This document shows, piece by piece, positions 9,782-20,795 of a stretch of 64,000 bases of DNA. Position numbers and translations under genes: made by a program. Numbering within the stretch: the stretch's first letter is position 1; every line of letters starts with the position of its first letter. Under the pieces are notes generated by a model that was not told where the DNA came from, ran no database searches, and saw only the letters and a program-made list of their open reading frames with translations. Source of the DNA: Candidatus Aminicenantes bacterium (lineage in GTDB: Bacteria > Acidobacteriota > Aminicenantia > Aminicenantales > UBA4085); assembly GCA_963783665.1 (NCBI GenBank), contig CAWANZ010000004.1:15866-79865 (forward strand). The letters run 5' to 3'.

Positions 9782-10917
9782 ATGTTAAAGTTGAACAAAA
9801 CGATTTGGCTTGTCGCCTGCTCGCTCGTCACGGTCTTGACGCTTTCCGGACAGGTAATCCTGAAAGACCAACCCGCGAAAGGCGAATGGCAATTTAGTCC
9901 CGAAAAGATCTGGGAAGTCGATAACGCCGGCGGCGAGGCGTTCGGCCGCGTCGCCGAGCTTCTCATAACGGACAAAAACGACGTCTTCCTCCGGGATTTT
10001 AAAGCGAACGTCAGTTATATCTTTGACGCGAACGGGCGGTTCGTAAAGTCATTCGCCCCCCAGGGCAACGGGGAAGGCCAATTGCCCTTCTACCTGAACC
10101 GCTTCCGAGCCGGGGACAAAGTCGTCCTGGCCGCCCCGGACAAGCTCCATTTCTTCACCCGGGACGGCGCGTTCGACCATGCCGCGGAAAACAACCTGAT
10201 GCTTCGCTTTCCCCTCCTTTTCCTCAACGAGAATGAGTTCGTCTACGCTCCCACTCTCCCCCGGTCTCCGATTCATCAGAAAAAGCTCGCGGTTTGGGAC
10301 CTTTCCTCCGGCAAGGAAAAAACGCTCGTGGATTTTTCGGGGTCGGGAGCCGAAGCCGCCACTCCCGCCACGCCTCCGGGCCTCATGTTGATGATCTTCG
10401 GTTTGACCCCGCAAGTTCGCTTGGCCGATGACGGGAATTCGCTCGTCTTCGGCCGCAGCGACGAATACACGATCTACCAGGCCGGCAGGGACGGAGCGAT
10501 CCGGTCGTCGTTCAGTCTCGAACGCAAGAAATCGGCCGCCTCAGCCCGAAGCCAAGCGCCGCCATATCGCCGACACGAGAATTCCCAAGGAACAACAAGA
10601 GCAAATAGTCGCCGCGCTGCCCGGCGAATTGACTCATTTCAGCCATATTGTCGATCAACCGAGGGCTTATTTATGTTTTCGCCGTATCCCAGATCGACGA
10701 AAAAACGACCGTCCAGGACATCGACGTCTTTTCGCCGCGGGGCGAATACCTCTATCGCGGGAAGATCTCTTTCGGCGACCATCTCAAGTTCGGCAGCCCC
10801 TCCAATTTTATCATCAAGGATGAATTCCTCTACGTCATCCTCGAAGACGAGCAGGGCAAGCAAACGCTGGCCAAGTACAGGATCCGGCTGCCGTCATTCG
10901 GGTCATCAAGGACATAA
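9782..10917 (+). CDS. Exported 6-bladed beta-propeller protein; two frameshifts at about 10540-10670
   Basis: ATG 9782 MLKLNKTIWLVACS signal peptide; FAPQGNGEGQLP motif; C-terminal DIDVFSPRGEYLYRG in ORF 10648-10917. Confidence 0.75.
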
Positions 10918-11031
10918 GAGAAATCGTACGCAGTTGAAGAGGGGTCGGCCGCTCCTATCTGTCCTTGAGATGCTTGTCGGCTACGCCGGCCGGATTAAGG
11001 CCTTCCACGGCGACCGATTCGCTCCCCTTCT

Positions 11032-12273
11032 TTAAGGAACCTCAGCCTGAAATTGTCGAATCCCCTCCAACGCGAAACAGCTGTCGGTGATAGGGATCAT
11101 CCTCCTCTTGGCCTGGTTCTCCCTCTGATAGAACAGGGAATCGCCTTCCAGCGTGATCGTCCGGGGACCATAGGTCCCAACATAGGATCGTAGCGCCTCC
11201 TTTGTGAGAACCGGCGGGTTTAGGGCAGCGTTGTAGGCGCCATATTGCCATTGATAATAAGACTTGAATTCGGAGTCCTTCTCCGCTTCCGCCAATCGTT
11301 TGCTGGCCATAGCCAGCGCCGTCTCCAGGGCTTTGTCTTGAGGGACTTTGACGTCGGGCTCGACTCCGATTCCTTCCCAGTTGGTTTTGGTCACAGGGTT
11401 GATGGCCCGGGCGAAGGGCAAGCTCATCTCAAAACGGTCGCTGAGGATGACGAACCTGTTGTCGTGGGCGCCGCCTCCCGTGGCCTCCCCAATGACGGTC
11501 GCCCGCTTCATAGTCTTGAGATTGTAAGCGAACTCCTCCGCCGCGGAGAAAGTATTTGCGCTGGTCAATAAGTAGACATCGACCTTGTCCAGCCTCTTGC
11601 CGGGAAGATACGTATAGGTCCAGTACTGAGTCAACTTTTCTGGATCCTTGTAGGAGAAGGAATTGAGATGTTTGCGCGGATTGTCCAGGAAATAGCTGCA
11701 GAGGAACTGGACCATTTCGGGGGAACCGCCGCTGTTCCTTTTGAGGTCGATGATGATGGCGTCGGCATTCGACAGGAAGCTCATAGCCCCGACGGCAGCA
11801 TCCTGGGCGCCTGTGTCATAGCTGAACGAGTCGAGCCTCAGGTACCCGATATTGCCCGGAAGGATCTTGATCTCGATGAATCCGTAGTTTGAGGTCCGGC
11901 TTCTTCTTTCCTGAAGCTTGATCGCCTGTTCGTCGAGCTCCTTCCTGTTCCTCTCTTCCTTCACCCAGGTCGGATTGAACCAGACGCGCAGGTGCTCGTC
12001 TCTGGATACGGCCATGAGGTCGTTGGTTACGGTGACCGCGAATTCCTCCGGCCGGACGATGCCATCGTATTTACCGGACCGGAGATTGTCCCGGAGCATG
12101 TGAACATACTTCTCCGTGACCTCGGGAAAGATATATTCGCGCTCCAGGTTCGTACAGAGAGCCTCGATGACCTCCTCCTTTTCGGCAGGATCGATGGCGG
12201 TCTGGGCGTTCTGCCCAAGAAGGACACAAATCGATGAAACGACCAAGATCATCAGGCAAGCCGATTTTCTCAT
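11032..12273 (-). CDS. S41 family peptidase (probable frameshift at extreme C-terminus)
   Basis: Signal peptide; NIGYLRLDSF, IIIDLKRNSGGSP, TFSAAEEF (catalytic Ser), IGEATGGGAH, WEGIGVEPD. Confidence 0.9.
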   Translation of the reverse strand: MRKSACLMILVVSSICVLLGQNAQTAIDPAEKEEVIEALCTNLEREYIFPEVTEKYVHMLRDNLRSGKYDGIVRPEEFAVTVTNDLMAVSRDEHLRVWFNPTWVKEERNRKELDEQAIKLQERRSRTSNYGFIEIKILPGNIGYLRLDSFSYDTGAQDAAVGAMSFLSNADAIIIDLKRNSGGSPEMVQFLCSYFLDNPRKHLNSFSYKDPEKLTQYWTYTYLPGKRLDKVDVYLLTSANTFSAAEEFAYNLKTMKRATVIGEATGGGAHDNRFVILSDRFEMSLPFARAINPVTKTNWEGIGVEPDVKVPQDKALETALAMASKRLAEAEKDSEFKSYYQWQYGAYNAALNPPVLTKEALRSYVGTYGPRTITLEGDSLFYQRENQAKRRMIPITDSCFALEGIRQFQAEVP

Positions 12274-12406
12274 AAAGATCCTCCTTTAGGATCTATTCTT
12301 TTTGTATTACGATGGAGGCGGCCTAAAAGTTACGGGCCTGAGACCGCGAAACATCCGCCTCACCATCATCCCCCCCGTCACTAATCCCCTGGACTTCTTT
12401 AAAGCC

Positions 12407-12435
12407 TTGATAATTGGATTCGAATTCATTAGGAT
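12407..12435 (+). promoter_or_regulatory. sigma70-like promoter of tRNA-Sec
   Basis: TTGATA (12407-12412), 17 bp, TAGGAT (12430-12435), ending 9 bp before the tRNA 5' end. Confidence 0.6.
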
Positions 12436-12444
12436 TGAAAAGCC

Positions 12445-12541
12445 GGGAGGGCATGGGGCCTGGTGGCTCCTCCGGACTTCAAATCCGGCATGGCTTCTGA
12501 CGAAGGGGCCAGGTAGGTTCGATTCCTACATCCTCCCGCCA
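12445..12541 (+). tRNA. selC: tRNA-Sec (anticodon UCA)
   Basis: GGGAGGGC AT GGGGCC-TGGT-GGCTCC (6-bp D stem), CCGGA-CTTCAAA-TCCGG (UCA anticodon), long variable arm, GTAGG-TTCGATT-CCTAC T arm, ATCCTCCC-G-CCA with encoded CCA. Confidence 0.95.
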
Positions 12542-12749
12542 CCCCATATCATCATCATTCTAAAGCAATTATCACATTTCCGGGAGAGCTTTGACCACAT
12601 CCGGAATGAATTCTTTCCACTTACCGGCTAAACCGGCAATATTTGCTGCAGATCATTGATCTAACCGGAAATAATGGTTACCGGCCGGCCGCGGATGATG
12701 GTCCAAGTTAGCGAATCCCTGCCGGATGCGATGGAATAGACAAACGAAA

Positions 12750-13319
12750 TCAGCCGAAAATCTCCTCCGCCAGCTCCTTTTGCCCGATCTTCTTCTCCGA
12801 GGAGTAGAGGACGATTTTATGGGCCCCGACCCGGGCCTGGATCTCCCGCATCCTCAGGCTGAATCGCGCGGGTTTGACCTTATCGGTTTTATTGGCCACG
12901 ATGAGAACCGGCTTCCTCTTCGCCTCCAAAGCCTGGAGCATCTCCAAGTCGCTGTCCGTGGGCCCGACCGCGGCATCGATGATGAAGACGACCCTCTTCG
13001 GGCGGTACGGCGATTGGAACAAGTACCAATCGATCAAGCGGTGCAGGCGCCGCTGGGCCTCCAGTGAATGCTTGGAATACCCGAAGCCCGGAAGGTCCAA
13101 CAGGTAGAGGCGGTTGTCGATCCGGAAGACATTGATCTCCTGCGTCCGGCCGGGAAATGAGCTCGTCCGGGCCAGCCCTTTCTGTCCGGTCAGGGAGTTG
13201 ATGACGCTCGATTTTCCGCTGTTCGAGCGGCCGATGAAAGCGATTTGCGGAGTCCCGTCCTCCAAGACGGGATCGAGGCCGACGAGGCCCTTGATGAATT
13301 GGGCGGTCCGCGACTTCAT
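12750..13319 (-). CDS. engB: Ribosome biogenesis GTP-binding protein YihA/YsxC
   Basis: G1 GRSNSGKSS, G2 PGRT, G3 DLPGFGY, G4 NKTD. Confidence 0.93.
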   Translation of the reverse strand: MKSRTAQFIKGLVGLDPVLEDGTPQIAFIGRSNSGKSSVINSLTGQKGLARTSSFPGRTQEINVFRIDNRLYLLDLPGFGYSKHSLEAQRRLHRLIDWYLFQSPYRPKRVVFIIDAAVGPTDSDLEMLQALEAKRKPVLIVANKTDKVKPARFSLRMREIQARVGAHKIVLYSSEKKIGQKELAEEIFG

Positions 13320-13382
13320 GGTCCCATCATATCAGATGCGGGGCTGGAAGCCGAAGACGGCTGGGCCGTCAACTGTAGAAAT

Positions 13383-13423
13383 GGTAAATAGAAATCCCAG
13401 GGGGACGGTAAACAGAAATCCCA
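13383..13423. repeat. Tandem imperfect 17-bp direct repeat GGTAAA(T/C)AGAAATCCCA
   Basis: Copies at 13383-13399 and 13407-13423 (16/17 identical) in the divergent intergenic region. Confidence 0.6.
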
Positions 13424-13560
13424 CCCCCGTCTATATAGGATTCCCGGGGACCCTTCAAAATAACATCCCGCGCTGAAACGATTTCGCTCCGGAAAACGTT
13501 TGGGAAATGAACCGCAAATTCCGCCCGGGTGAATCCGAGGCATCGGAAGGGAGAACCGAT

Positions 13561-14586
13561 ATGGCTAAGAGAAGATTATTTGGAATCGCCGCCTTCGGTG
13601 CGATTATCTTTACGGCCGCGTTCGGATTTTCGCGGCAGGCGCCGATTGTCGCTCCCAAGCTCCGGTTCGGGAATGACCGATTGCTCACTCCGACCGACAT
13701 CCGGATTTCGGGCCAGGAGATCATCGTCCTGGACGAAGTCGCGCCCATGAATCCAGGAGACAACGTCTTCGTCGTTTTCGACATGGCCGGGCGTTTCAAA
13801 TCGCAATTCGGCCGTAGCGGCCAGGGGCCCGGCGAGTTCGGTCAGGCCCATGCCTTCGAAATCAGGGGAAACATCCTTTATGTTCTTGACAGCTACAAGC
13901 AGTGTCTCCAGCTGTTTTCCGCTTCGGACAAGAGCTTCCTCAAAACCATCCGTTACGGATCCGAAATGGTCTTCACCACGCCCCACGATTTCGCTGTTCT
14001 CGACGACGGGGGGTTCGTTCTGGCCCGGCCGCACGGAGTTCGCGGCAACAAGACGCTGTTTCCGTTCGGCCCGGACGGCAAACCCGGAAGGCCGTTTCTC
14101 GACGTCCTTCCAGTCTATGAGAATGAGGCGGAATTTCTGGCCAAGGCTAAACAAAAAATCCCGGAGCTGATCCGCAAGGACTATGGCAATCTCGGATACC
14201 TGGAGTCGTCCGGCCGGAACATTTATTACCTTCCCTGGCTGAAAAACGAGATTCTCGCATTCGACAAAGACGGGAAAGCCGTCGGGCGGATCGCCCTTCC
14301 CCTCAAGTCCCTGGAGAATACCGTCCGGATCGTCGAGTTGGGCGGGTTTCTGACCATTGAGCGGCGTCTCAACTACGGCATGTCCTGCGACGGCGACCGG
14401 CTCTGGGTGCTGTCCCGCGACGAAGACGGAACGTCGATTCTTTACGAAATCACCGCGGGGCGGGCGGCCGAGCGTCTCCGGGCCAAGGAAGAGCTTGAGG
14501 ATTTCGCCGTCTCGGGGCAGACCTTGTACGCGACCGAACAGGAATCCGGAGAAGTGCTGGTTTATTCCATTCCCCCCGTCCGATGA
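13561..14586 (+). CDS. Exported 6-bladed beta-propeller protein
   Basis: Signal peptide MAKRRLFGIAAFGAIIFTAAFG after an AGGAG-like RBS; FGRSGQGPGEF motif. Confidence 0.75.
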   Translation: MAKRRLFGIAAFGAIIFTAAFGFSRQAPIVAPKLRFGNDRLLTPTDIRISGQEIIVLDEVAPMNPGDNVFVVFDMAGRFKSQFGRSGQGPGEFGQAHAFEIRGNILYVLDSYKQCLQLFSASDKSFLKTIRYGSEMVFTTPHDFAVLDDGGFVLARPHGVRGNKTLFPFGPDGKPGRPFLDVLPVYENEAEFLAKAKQKIPELIRKDYGNLGYLESSGRNIYYLPWLKNEILAFDKDGKAVGRIALPLKSLENTVRIVELGGFLTIERRLNYGMSCDGDRLWVLSRDEDGTSILYEITAGRAAERLRAKEELEDFAVSGQTLYATEQESGEVLVYSIPPVR

Positions 14587-14603
14587 GGCAATGCGGGTGA
14601 AAG

Positions 14604-16956
14604 CTAAATCCCTTCCGCGAGCGTGAGGGGATAGGACTTCCCGGCCGTGGTGTTGAATTCCCAGCTCTGGTCACCGCAAACGACCTTGCAGGGGAGGCCG
14701 GACTTGGAATGGATCACGGCCTTGGTCAAGCGGCCGTCGTCCCAGCTCATGTCCACCTCGAATCCGCCCCGCGCGCAAAGGCCGGTGACCTTGCCGGTCG
14801 GCCACGCCTTGGGCAGCGCGGGCAGCAGATGGATCCGGCCCGTGTGGCTTTGCACCAGCATCTCGCAGTAGCCGGCCGTCGCGCCGAAATTGCCGTCAAT
14901 CTGGAACGGCGGATGGGAGTCGAACAGGTTCGGATAGACGCCGCCGCCGCTCTCGCCGTAGATGGTTTTCGTCTCGCGGACCACGTTCAGCAGGCTGCGC
15001 AGCATGGTGTAGGCGTGATCGCCGTCCCACAGCCTGGCCCAGAAATTGATCTTCCAGGCGCGGCTCCAGCCGGTGCTCTTGTCGCCGCGGGCCTGCAAGG
15101 AAACCCGGGCGGCCTCGGCCAGTTCGGGTGTGGCGGCCCGGGTGATCTGGCGGCCGGGATACAAGGCGAACAGATGGGAGACGTGGCGATGATCATCCTT
15201 GGGATCGTCCTTGTCGGCTTCCCACTCCTGCAATTGCCCCCAGCGCCCGATCTTCGGCTTGAGCAGCTTGTCCCGCAGGCCGGCGATGTGATCGCGGAAT
15301 TCCTTGTCATCGCCCAGCACATCGGCGGCCTCGATCGTGTTGGTGAACAGGTCGTAAATGATCTCCTGATCGTAGGTCACGCCTTCTTCGGCGGGGCCGT
15401 GCTCGGGCGACCAGCCGTCGGGGGTGACGAGCGTGCCGTCCGGCCGCCGTTTCAGGTGGTCGTCCCAGAACTGGCAGACTTCCTTGAGCACGGGATAGGC
15501 GGTCTTGCGGAGATAGGCCTTGTCGCGGCCGAAGGCGAAATGCTCCCACAGATGCTGCGCATACCACGCGCTGCCGGGCGGGTTCCATTTCCAAAACGAA
15601 ACGCCGCAGGCGTTGTTCATCGTCTGGACGGTCCAGCCCCGGACCTTGCCGTATTTTCTCCGCGTGTTCTTCGCGCTGACCTCGCGGATGCTCGTGACGT
15701 AGTCGATGAACGGCCGGTGGCATTCGGCGAGGTTGGCCGGCTCGGCCGGCCAGTAGTTCATCTCGACGTTGATGTTCGAGTGGTAGTCGCCGGCCCAGGC
15801 GGGTTCGTTGCTGTCGTTCCAGACTCCCTGGAGATTGGCGGGCAAAGATCCCGGGCGCGAGCAACTGATCAGCAGATACCGGCCAAACTGGCAGAACAAG
15901 GCTTCGAGATCCGGATCGGCCGTCGTGTTCTTTGCATAGTCCTCCAGCCGCGCCAGCGTGGTCTTGGCCAGCAGGTCCGGCGCGGTGGTTCCCACATCGA
16001 GCGAAAACCGGCGGAAGAGGGATTGATAATCTTTCACATGCCGCGCCAGCAGCTTCGCCACGCTCTGCCTGGCGGCGGAATCCACCCGCTTCGTGACGGC
16101 GGCGTGGGGATGCGCGCCCAGCCACTGCTTGGTGTGATCCTGGAGGAAGTTCGTGCCCGCCCCGAGGATCAGGGTCACGCTGTCGCATTGGTCGAAGGCC
16201 AGGCTGGTGCCGGGCACGGCAATGTTCCATGGGTTCTTGGCGCAGGCATCGTCATTCTTGACCGCGACGGCGCCGTTTTTATTCAGCACGAGCAACTGGG
16301 CTTCATATTCAAAACCGTTCTCCAGCTTGCCCACCGAGCTGAGCTTGTTGCCATCGGCGGCAATCCGGGCCTGGTGCATGTCCGCAAGCTGAACGCGGCC
16401 GGTGTAGGCGGCGGGCTTGTTCGCCGTCAGGTGGATGACGATGACTCCGTCGGGATGGCTGGCGAAGGCGGTGCGTTGATAGCGCACGCCGTTGTATTCG
16501 TAGGTCACCTGATGAACGGCGCGATCGATGTCGAGTTCCTGCCGGTAATCGGTCACCTTGGAGAAGTCATGGCCGAGATGGATGAGGATGTCGCCGAACG
16601 CCTGATAGGCGCCCAGGTCCTGGCCCTCGTCATCGAGGCCCTCGACGGCCATGCGGGTTCCGGACCAGAGACTGATCTCATTGAACTGGACCCGCTCGAT
16701 CTCGGTGCCGCCAAAGAGCATCGCCCCCATGGGTCCATTGCCGATCGGCAGGGCTTCCGTCATCCACGCTTCCGCCGGCCGGTCAGACCACAGGCACAAT
16801 TTCCCCGGAGCGTCCGCCCGGGCAGGGTTTTCCTGCGCCGGCGCCCCCATGCCCGTCAGTGGTTTCAAAGCCCAGCGCGGTCGTCGCCAGGGAGGTGGAG
16901 AGCAAGAAGTGACGCCGCGAAATGGCATTCTCTGTCGGATTTAATTCTTTTGTCAT
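14604..16956 (-). CDS. GH95 alpha-L-fucosidase with Tat signal; frameshift near 16870
   Basis: ALPIGNG.MGAM, FGRYLLIS.SRPG.LPANLQG.WN, YH.NIN.EMNYW, HRHVSHL.ALYPG, HPPFQIDGNFG. ATG at 16956 in another frame gives MTKELNPTENAISRRHFL. Confidence 0.92.
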
Positions 16957-16986
16957 GATTATTGCCCTTAACTCATGACATACGAT

Positions 16987-18360
16987 TTAAATATTTCGTT
17001 TTTCGCCGATGAGGATGAATTTCGTCTGGCGGCCGTCGATGAACCGGCATCCCCCGTCAGCGGTAAAGATCGCATCTTCTTCGTATCCGATATAAACATC
17101 CTCATTGTCCCATTCGGGGGCCGGAGTCTTGCAGTTGAACTCGATGGAATAAGCCGTATCGGGAAAAAGCGGATAGCTCCATTTCGGGACGTTGACTTCG
17201 TCGATCGTCTTGGGGTCGCGGGCGTCCGGCGTGCAGCCGGCGGCATGGCCGTTAAATCCAATGGGATGAGAATAAATCGCCGCATTCAACCCCGCGGCCT
17301 TGGCCCGGGCCATGGCCGCGCCGGCGATTTCCGAACCCGTCCGGCCCGTTTTGAATTCGGCCATCAAAATGTCGGCCATCCGGTTGGCGTTGTCCAAGGC
17401 CTTTTGGAGGCCGGCCGGGGCATCGGTTTCTCCCGGCCTCAGGACATAGGCCTGCCACTGCATATCCGTGCATAGGCCGAGGTACCGGACCCCGACATCG
17501 CAATGCAGCAGGTCCCCGGGCTGGATGATCTTGTTGTCGCCATATTTCGCAGCCGCGGCCTTGGACCGGTGGATGTCGATCGAAGGCTGGAACCAGCTTT
17601 CCAGGCCGAGGGAGGCGATCCGCTGCCGGATCCACCAGACGACGTCGTCTTCCGTCGTCTTTCCGGGAGTGATGACCGCGTTGGAGAAAAACTCGCGGAT
17701 GAGGGAATGGGCCGCGGCGCAGATGTCTTGATAGGTTTTCATTTCCGCGGCCGTCCGGGTTTCGAGCCAACCGACGGCCAAGTCCTCGGCCGAAACGAGG
17801 CGCTTGGACAGCTCCGGCCCAAGGGCCTTTTCCAACTTCTCTTTCAGGGCGACGCTCAACCCGTCGGCCAGCGGCCATTTCGCCGAAACGCTGATCCCGA
17901 TTTTTTTCGGATCGGCCTGCTTGATGAAATCGGCGAGGTTTTCAAATTGGGATTTGATCCGGGGCCGCCAAATATTCCGGTAGCCGCCGTCGACGCCGTG
18001 GGGTGCGCTGCAAAGACGCTCGACGCCTCCGGCCGCGCCCTTGTCGTGGAAAAGAAGAATCGCCGTTCCCGAGGAATACAGGGCCGGGCGCGGGACCATG
18101 GTGAAATACAGCGGATCCTCGTTGTATTCCCGATTGAGAATCAGCCACATGTCGATTCCGGTTCGGCGCATGAGGGACGGAAGAAGCGTGGTCAGCCGCG
18201 CTTCCATCCAGGCGTTGATCTGATCGGCCTGCTCCCGGAGCGACAGGACCTTGAGTTCGGAGGCCGGGGCCGGGTTATTCCCGTTCAAAGGAGAAATCCC
18301 CATTCCAAGCGCGGCGAAAAAGAGCATGCCCAAAGCGAACGAATTCGATTTCCGGGTCAT
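16987..18360 (-). CDS. M24 family (Xaa-Pro-like) metallopeptidase, exported
   Basis: Signal peptide; pita-bread ligands HCDVG, TDMQW, SHPIG, SIE, YEED. Confidence 0.85.
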   Translation of the reverse strand: MTRKSNSFALGMLFFAALGMGISPLNGNNPAPASELKVLSLREQADQINAWMEARLTTLLPSLMRRTGIDMWLILNREYNEDPLYFTMVPRPALYSSGTAILLFHDKGAAGGVERLCSAPHGVDGGYRNIWRPRIKSQFENLADFIKQADPKKIGISVSAKWPLADGLSVALKEKLEKALGPELSKRLVSAEDLAVGWLETRTAAEMKTYQDICAAAHSLIREFFSNAVITPGKTTEDDVVWWIRQRIASLGLESWFQPSIDIHRSKAAAAKYGDNKIIQPGDLLHCDVGVRYLGLCTDMQWQAYVLRPGETDAPAGLQKALDNANRMADILMAEFKTGRTGSEIAGAAMARAKAAGLNAAIYSHPIGFNGHAAGCTPDARDPKTIDEVNVPKWSYPLFPDTAYSIEFNCKTPAPEWDNEDVYIGYEEDAIFTADGGCRFIDGRQTKFILIGEKRNI

Positions 18361-18444
18361 CCTGAGTCCTCCTCGCTATGAATCCTCGGTCCCGATGCGA
18401 CGTCAACGATCATCATATCCGCCTCTTTTCGATTTGCCAAGAAC

Positions 18445-20497
18445 CTAAAACATATAGGCGATCTTCAGAAAGAGGGTGTTCGTTCGCTTCCCCGCCACGC
18501 CGAAAATCATCGAGCCCCGCTGATAGGCAAACTGGATGAGCCCGAAGGGAGGCTGGAAGCGATAAACAAAGAGCGCCTGGATGCTCGTTTTATCGATGGA
18601 CGAGTTGACCTGATAATAGAGCTTCAGGAAAAGGTCTTTCGTGAAATTGTAAGTCGTCCTGAGGGAATGGATCCAGGTGCTGTCTCCGTCGGGGTCCGGA
18701 TTGAACACCAGGCGCGTCAGCCCGTATTCAATGGACAAGTCACCCGCCGGCCGGACGTTGACGGCTCCCTCGACGAGGTCGAAGGTAAGCCCGAAATTCC
18801 GGCCGAAGGCATAAGCGACCTTGACCGACTGCCACTCGCGCGTGTTGTATCCCAGGGCGAATTTAAACTGGCGGTTACGGAATTCCTCTTCGAAAAGCTT
18901 GTACTCCTCCGTGAAGTCCGCTTCCAGAGCCAGCTTGTTTTTAAGCTCGAAGCTCAGGGTTTCATCGATTTGCCAGGATCTCAGCGTTCCGTTGATCCCC
19001 CAGTAGATATTGTAGTTTGACCCGTACCTGATCTTCTCCAGGAAGCTCCGTTGGATCCAAAAAGTCTTTTCCAAGGCGGAGTCAAGCTCCCGCCGATTAT
19101 CGTCGCGAATGAATCCAACGGCATTGGCGTTGTCGCCGAATGTCTCCCCCAGCTGGGTGTATCTCACATGAAAGTGGAAGGTGGGCGTATCGATCGTCGG
19201 GCGCAGGAAGAAGGCGACGTTGCCGCCCTTGGCGTCGCCATAGCTCATGGCCAACTGGCCGGTTAAGTGGAAGGTATTGGAGAAATTGATGGACGCATCG
19301 AGGCCGGCCGTGCCGGTATTCCGGCCGCCCACCAGTCTGTTGGCCGCGAGGAATCCGATAAAAGAATCCTTAAAAATGTCCTTTTTCAGCCGAAAAACGG
19401 AAAAGTTGGCCGATTCCGTCTCCCAATCCTTCATCCGGCCTCATCTGCACGGTCAATACGGAAAATTCAAAGCCCCCGGCTTTCCCATAACCTTTCGCCC
19501 CGCCGTAGATATCCCCGATCCGGCGCGAATAGAAGAGCGGGATGCGCTGGTTATAAATCTCTTTTCCCTCGAGGAAGAAATTCCTTTTCTCCGGGAGGCT
19601 CAACTCGAACCGGGTCAGGTTGATCTGCTCCTGGTCGGCTTCGACGGTGGCAAAATCGGGATTGTAGGTGAGATTGGCCGAGACGGCCTGGGTGATGGCA
19701 TACCGGGCGTCCGCGCCGATTTCGGCCTCCGGATCTCTCCCGTTTTCGAGCTTGGCTACAATATGGGGGATGACCTGGAGCTTCTTGGAAGCCCCTTCGA
19801 GGTTTAAACCCTCAAGAAGCCCGAATTGCGACACGCGGGTCGGAGAATCCACAAGCCCCTGCCAGCAGCTCTTTTCCAATCGGCGGGGAAAGGTTCGAGA
19901 CAAGCCGAGCCCCCATGTCCTTTCGGCGCCCGGCCGATACTTCAGGCTCGTCAGATCGATCGCGATCTCGACGGTCCAACCCGTCTCCGTTTTCACGGCC
20001 GCCGACTTCCAAACTCCATCCCAGGTCGTGTCGGTCGTCAAGCCGTTATCGGCGATCCTCCCATCATACTGGGTCCCGAGGAGATTGGTCATGAAAAAAT
20101 ATGCCGCCCGCCGATCGGCAAAGGTATCAAGATAGATGGCGACAGCGTCGTCCTCACTCAGGTCGGCATCGCGCTTCGAGATGCGGGCGGCGATTTTATC
20201 CATCTCGGGGTCCGTGTTCTCGAAGCCGAAGTAAATGGCCGAATTGTCGTAAAGAATTCTGACCGAAGTTCGGACGGTTGCGGAGGCCCCCCGCTCCGGT
20301 TGGAATTGCATGAAATCGGAGACGACCTCCGCCCGGGACCAGGCGGCCTCGTTCAACAGGCCGTCGATTTGGATGGGGCCTTCGATTTTTACGGCTTTCG
20401 CGACGCCGCTCGTTTGGGCCGCCGCAAGCGAAGATCCCAACGCCACTGATAGGGCAAAAATGAAAAACCATTTTCCAAAGGACGCTCGGAGACGCAT
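18445..20497 (-). CDS. CBM9-like + DUF5916 outer-membrane beta-barrel protein; frameshift near 19420
   Basis: IQIDGLLNEAAW...T.VRILYD CBM9-like start; TYNPDFATVEAD...NLTRFELSLPEKRNFFLEG (DUF5916); amphipathic strands ending LFLKIAYMF. Confidence 0.85.
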
Positions 20498-20795
20498 CGG
20501 CGGCGATTATAGCGGTTTGACCCCGAAATTAGAATTCTCGCTAATACCGGTTACAGATCGGATATCGAGACGGTTCGCCGGAGCTTGATCGATTGTCGGA
20601 AATAAAGGGCGTGTCCGACTTCCATCAGGCGGTTTTGCGGGGCGCCGTCGAGCGCCTATCCCCCGTCCAGATGACGGCCCTGGCCGCGGGCCTGTCCCTG
20701 ATTCCGTTCCCGCGAAAGGAGTTGATGCGTAGGAGTAAAAAGTTGCGCCGGGCGGTCGTTCGTGATAATTGTTCGTTTAAGGGGAGGGAAATCAA

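Noticed and set aside
12505-12514. GGGGCCAGGT in tRNA-Sec matches the core of the inverted-repeat arms
   Set aside because: Only 10 bp of GC-rich identity and similarity decays immediately; not enough to claim a tRNA-derived element.
12542-12725. Prophage or genomic island integrated at selC
   Set aside because: No integrase and no duplicate of the tRNA 3' end within the window; the next gene is housekeeping engB.
14709-16958. 749-aa ORF antisense to GH95, and similar long antisense ORFs at 22190-23506, 41079-42896 and 53221-54522
   Set aside because: Shadow frames expected opposite high-GC3 genes; no recognisable motifs, while the opposite strand carries clear enzyme signatures.
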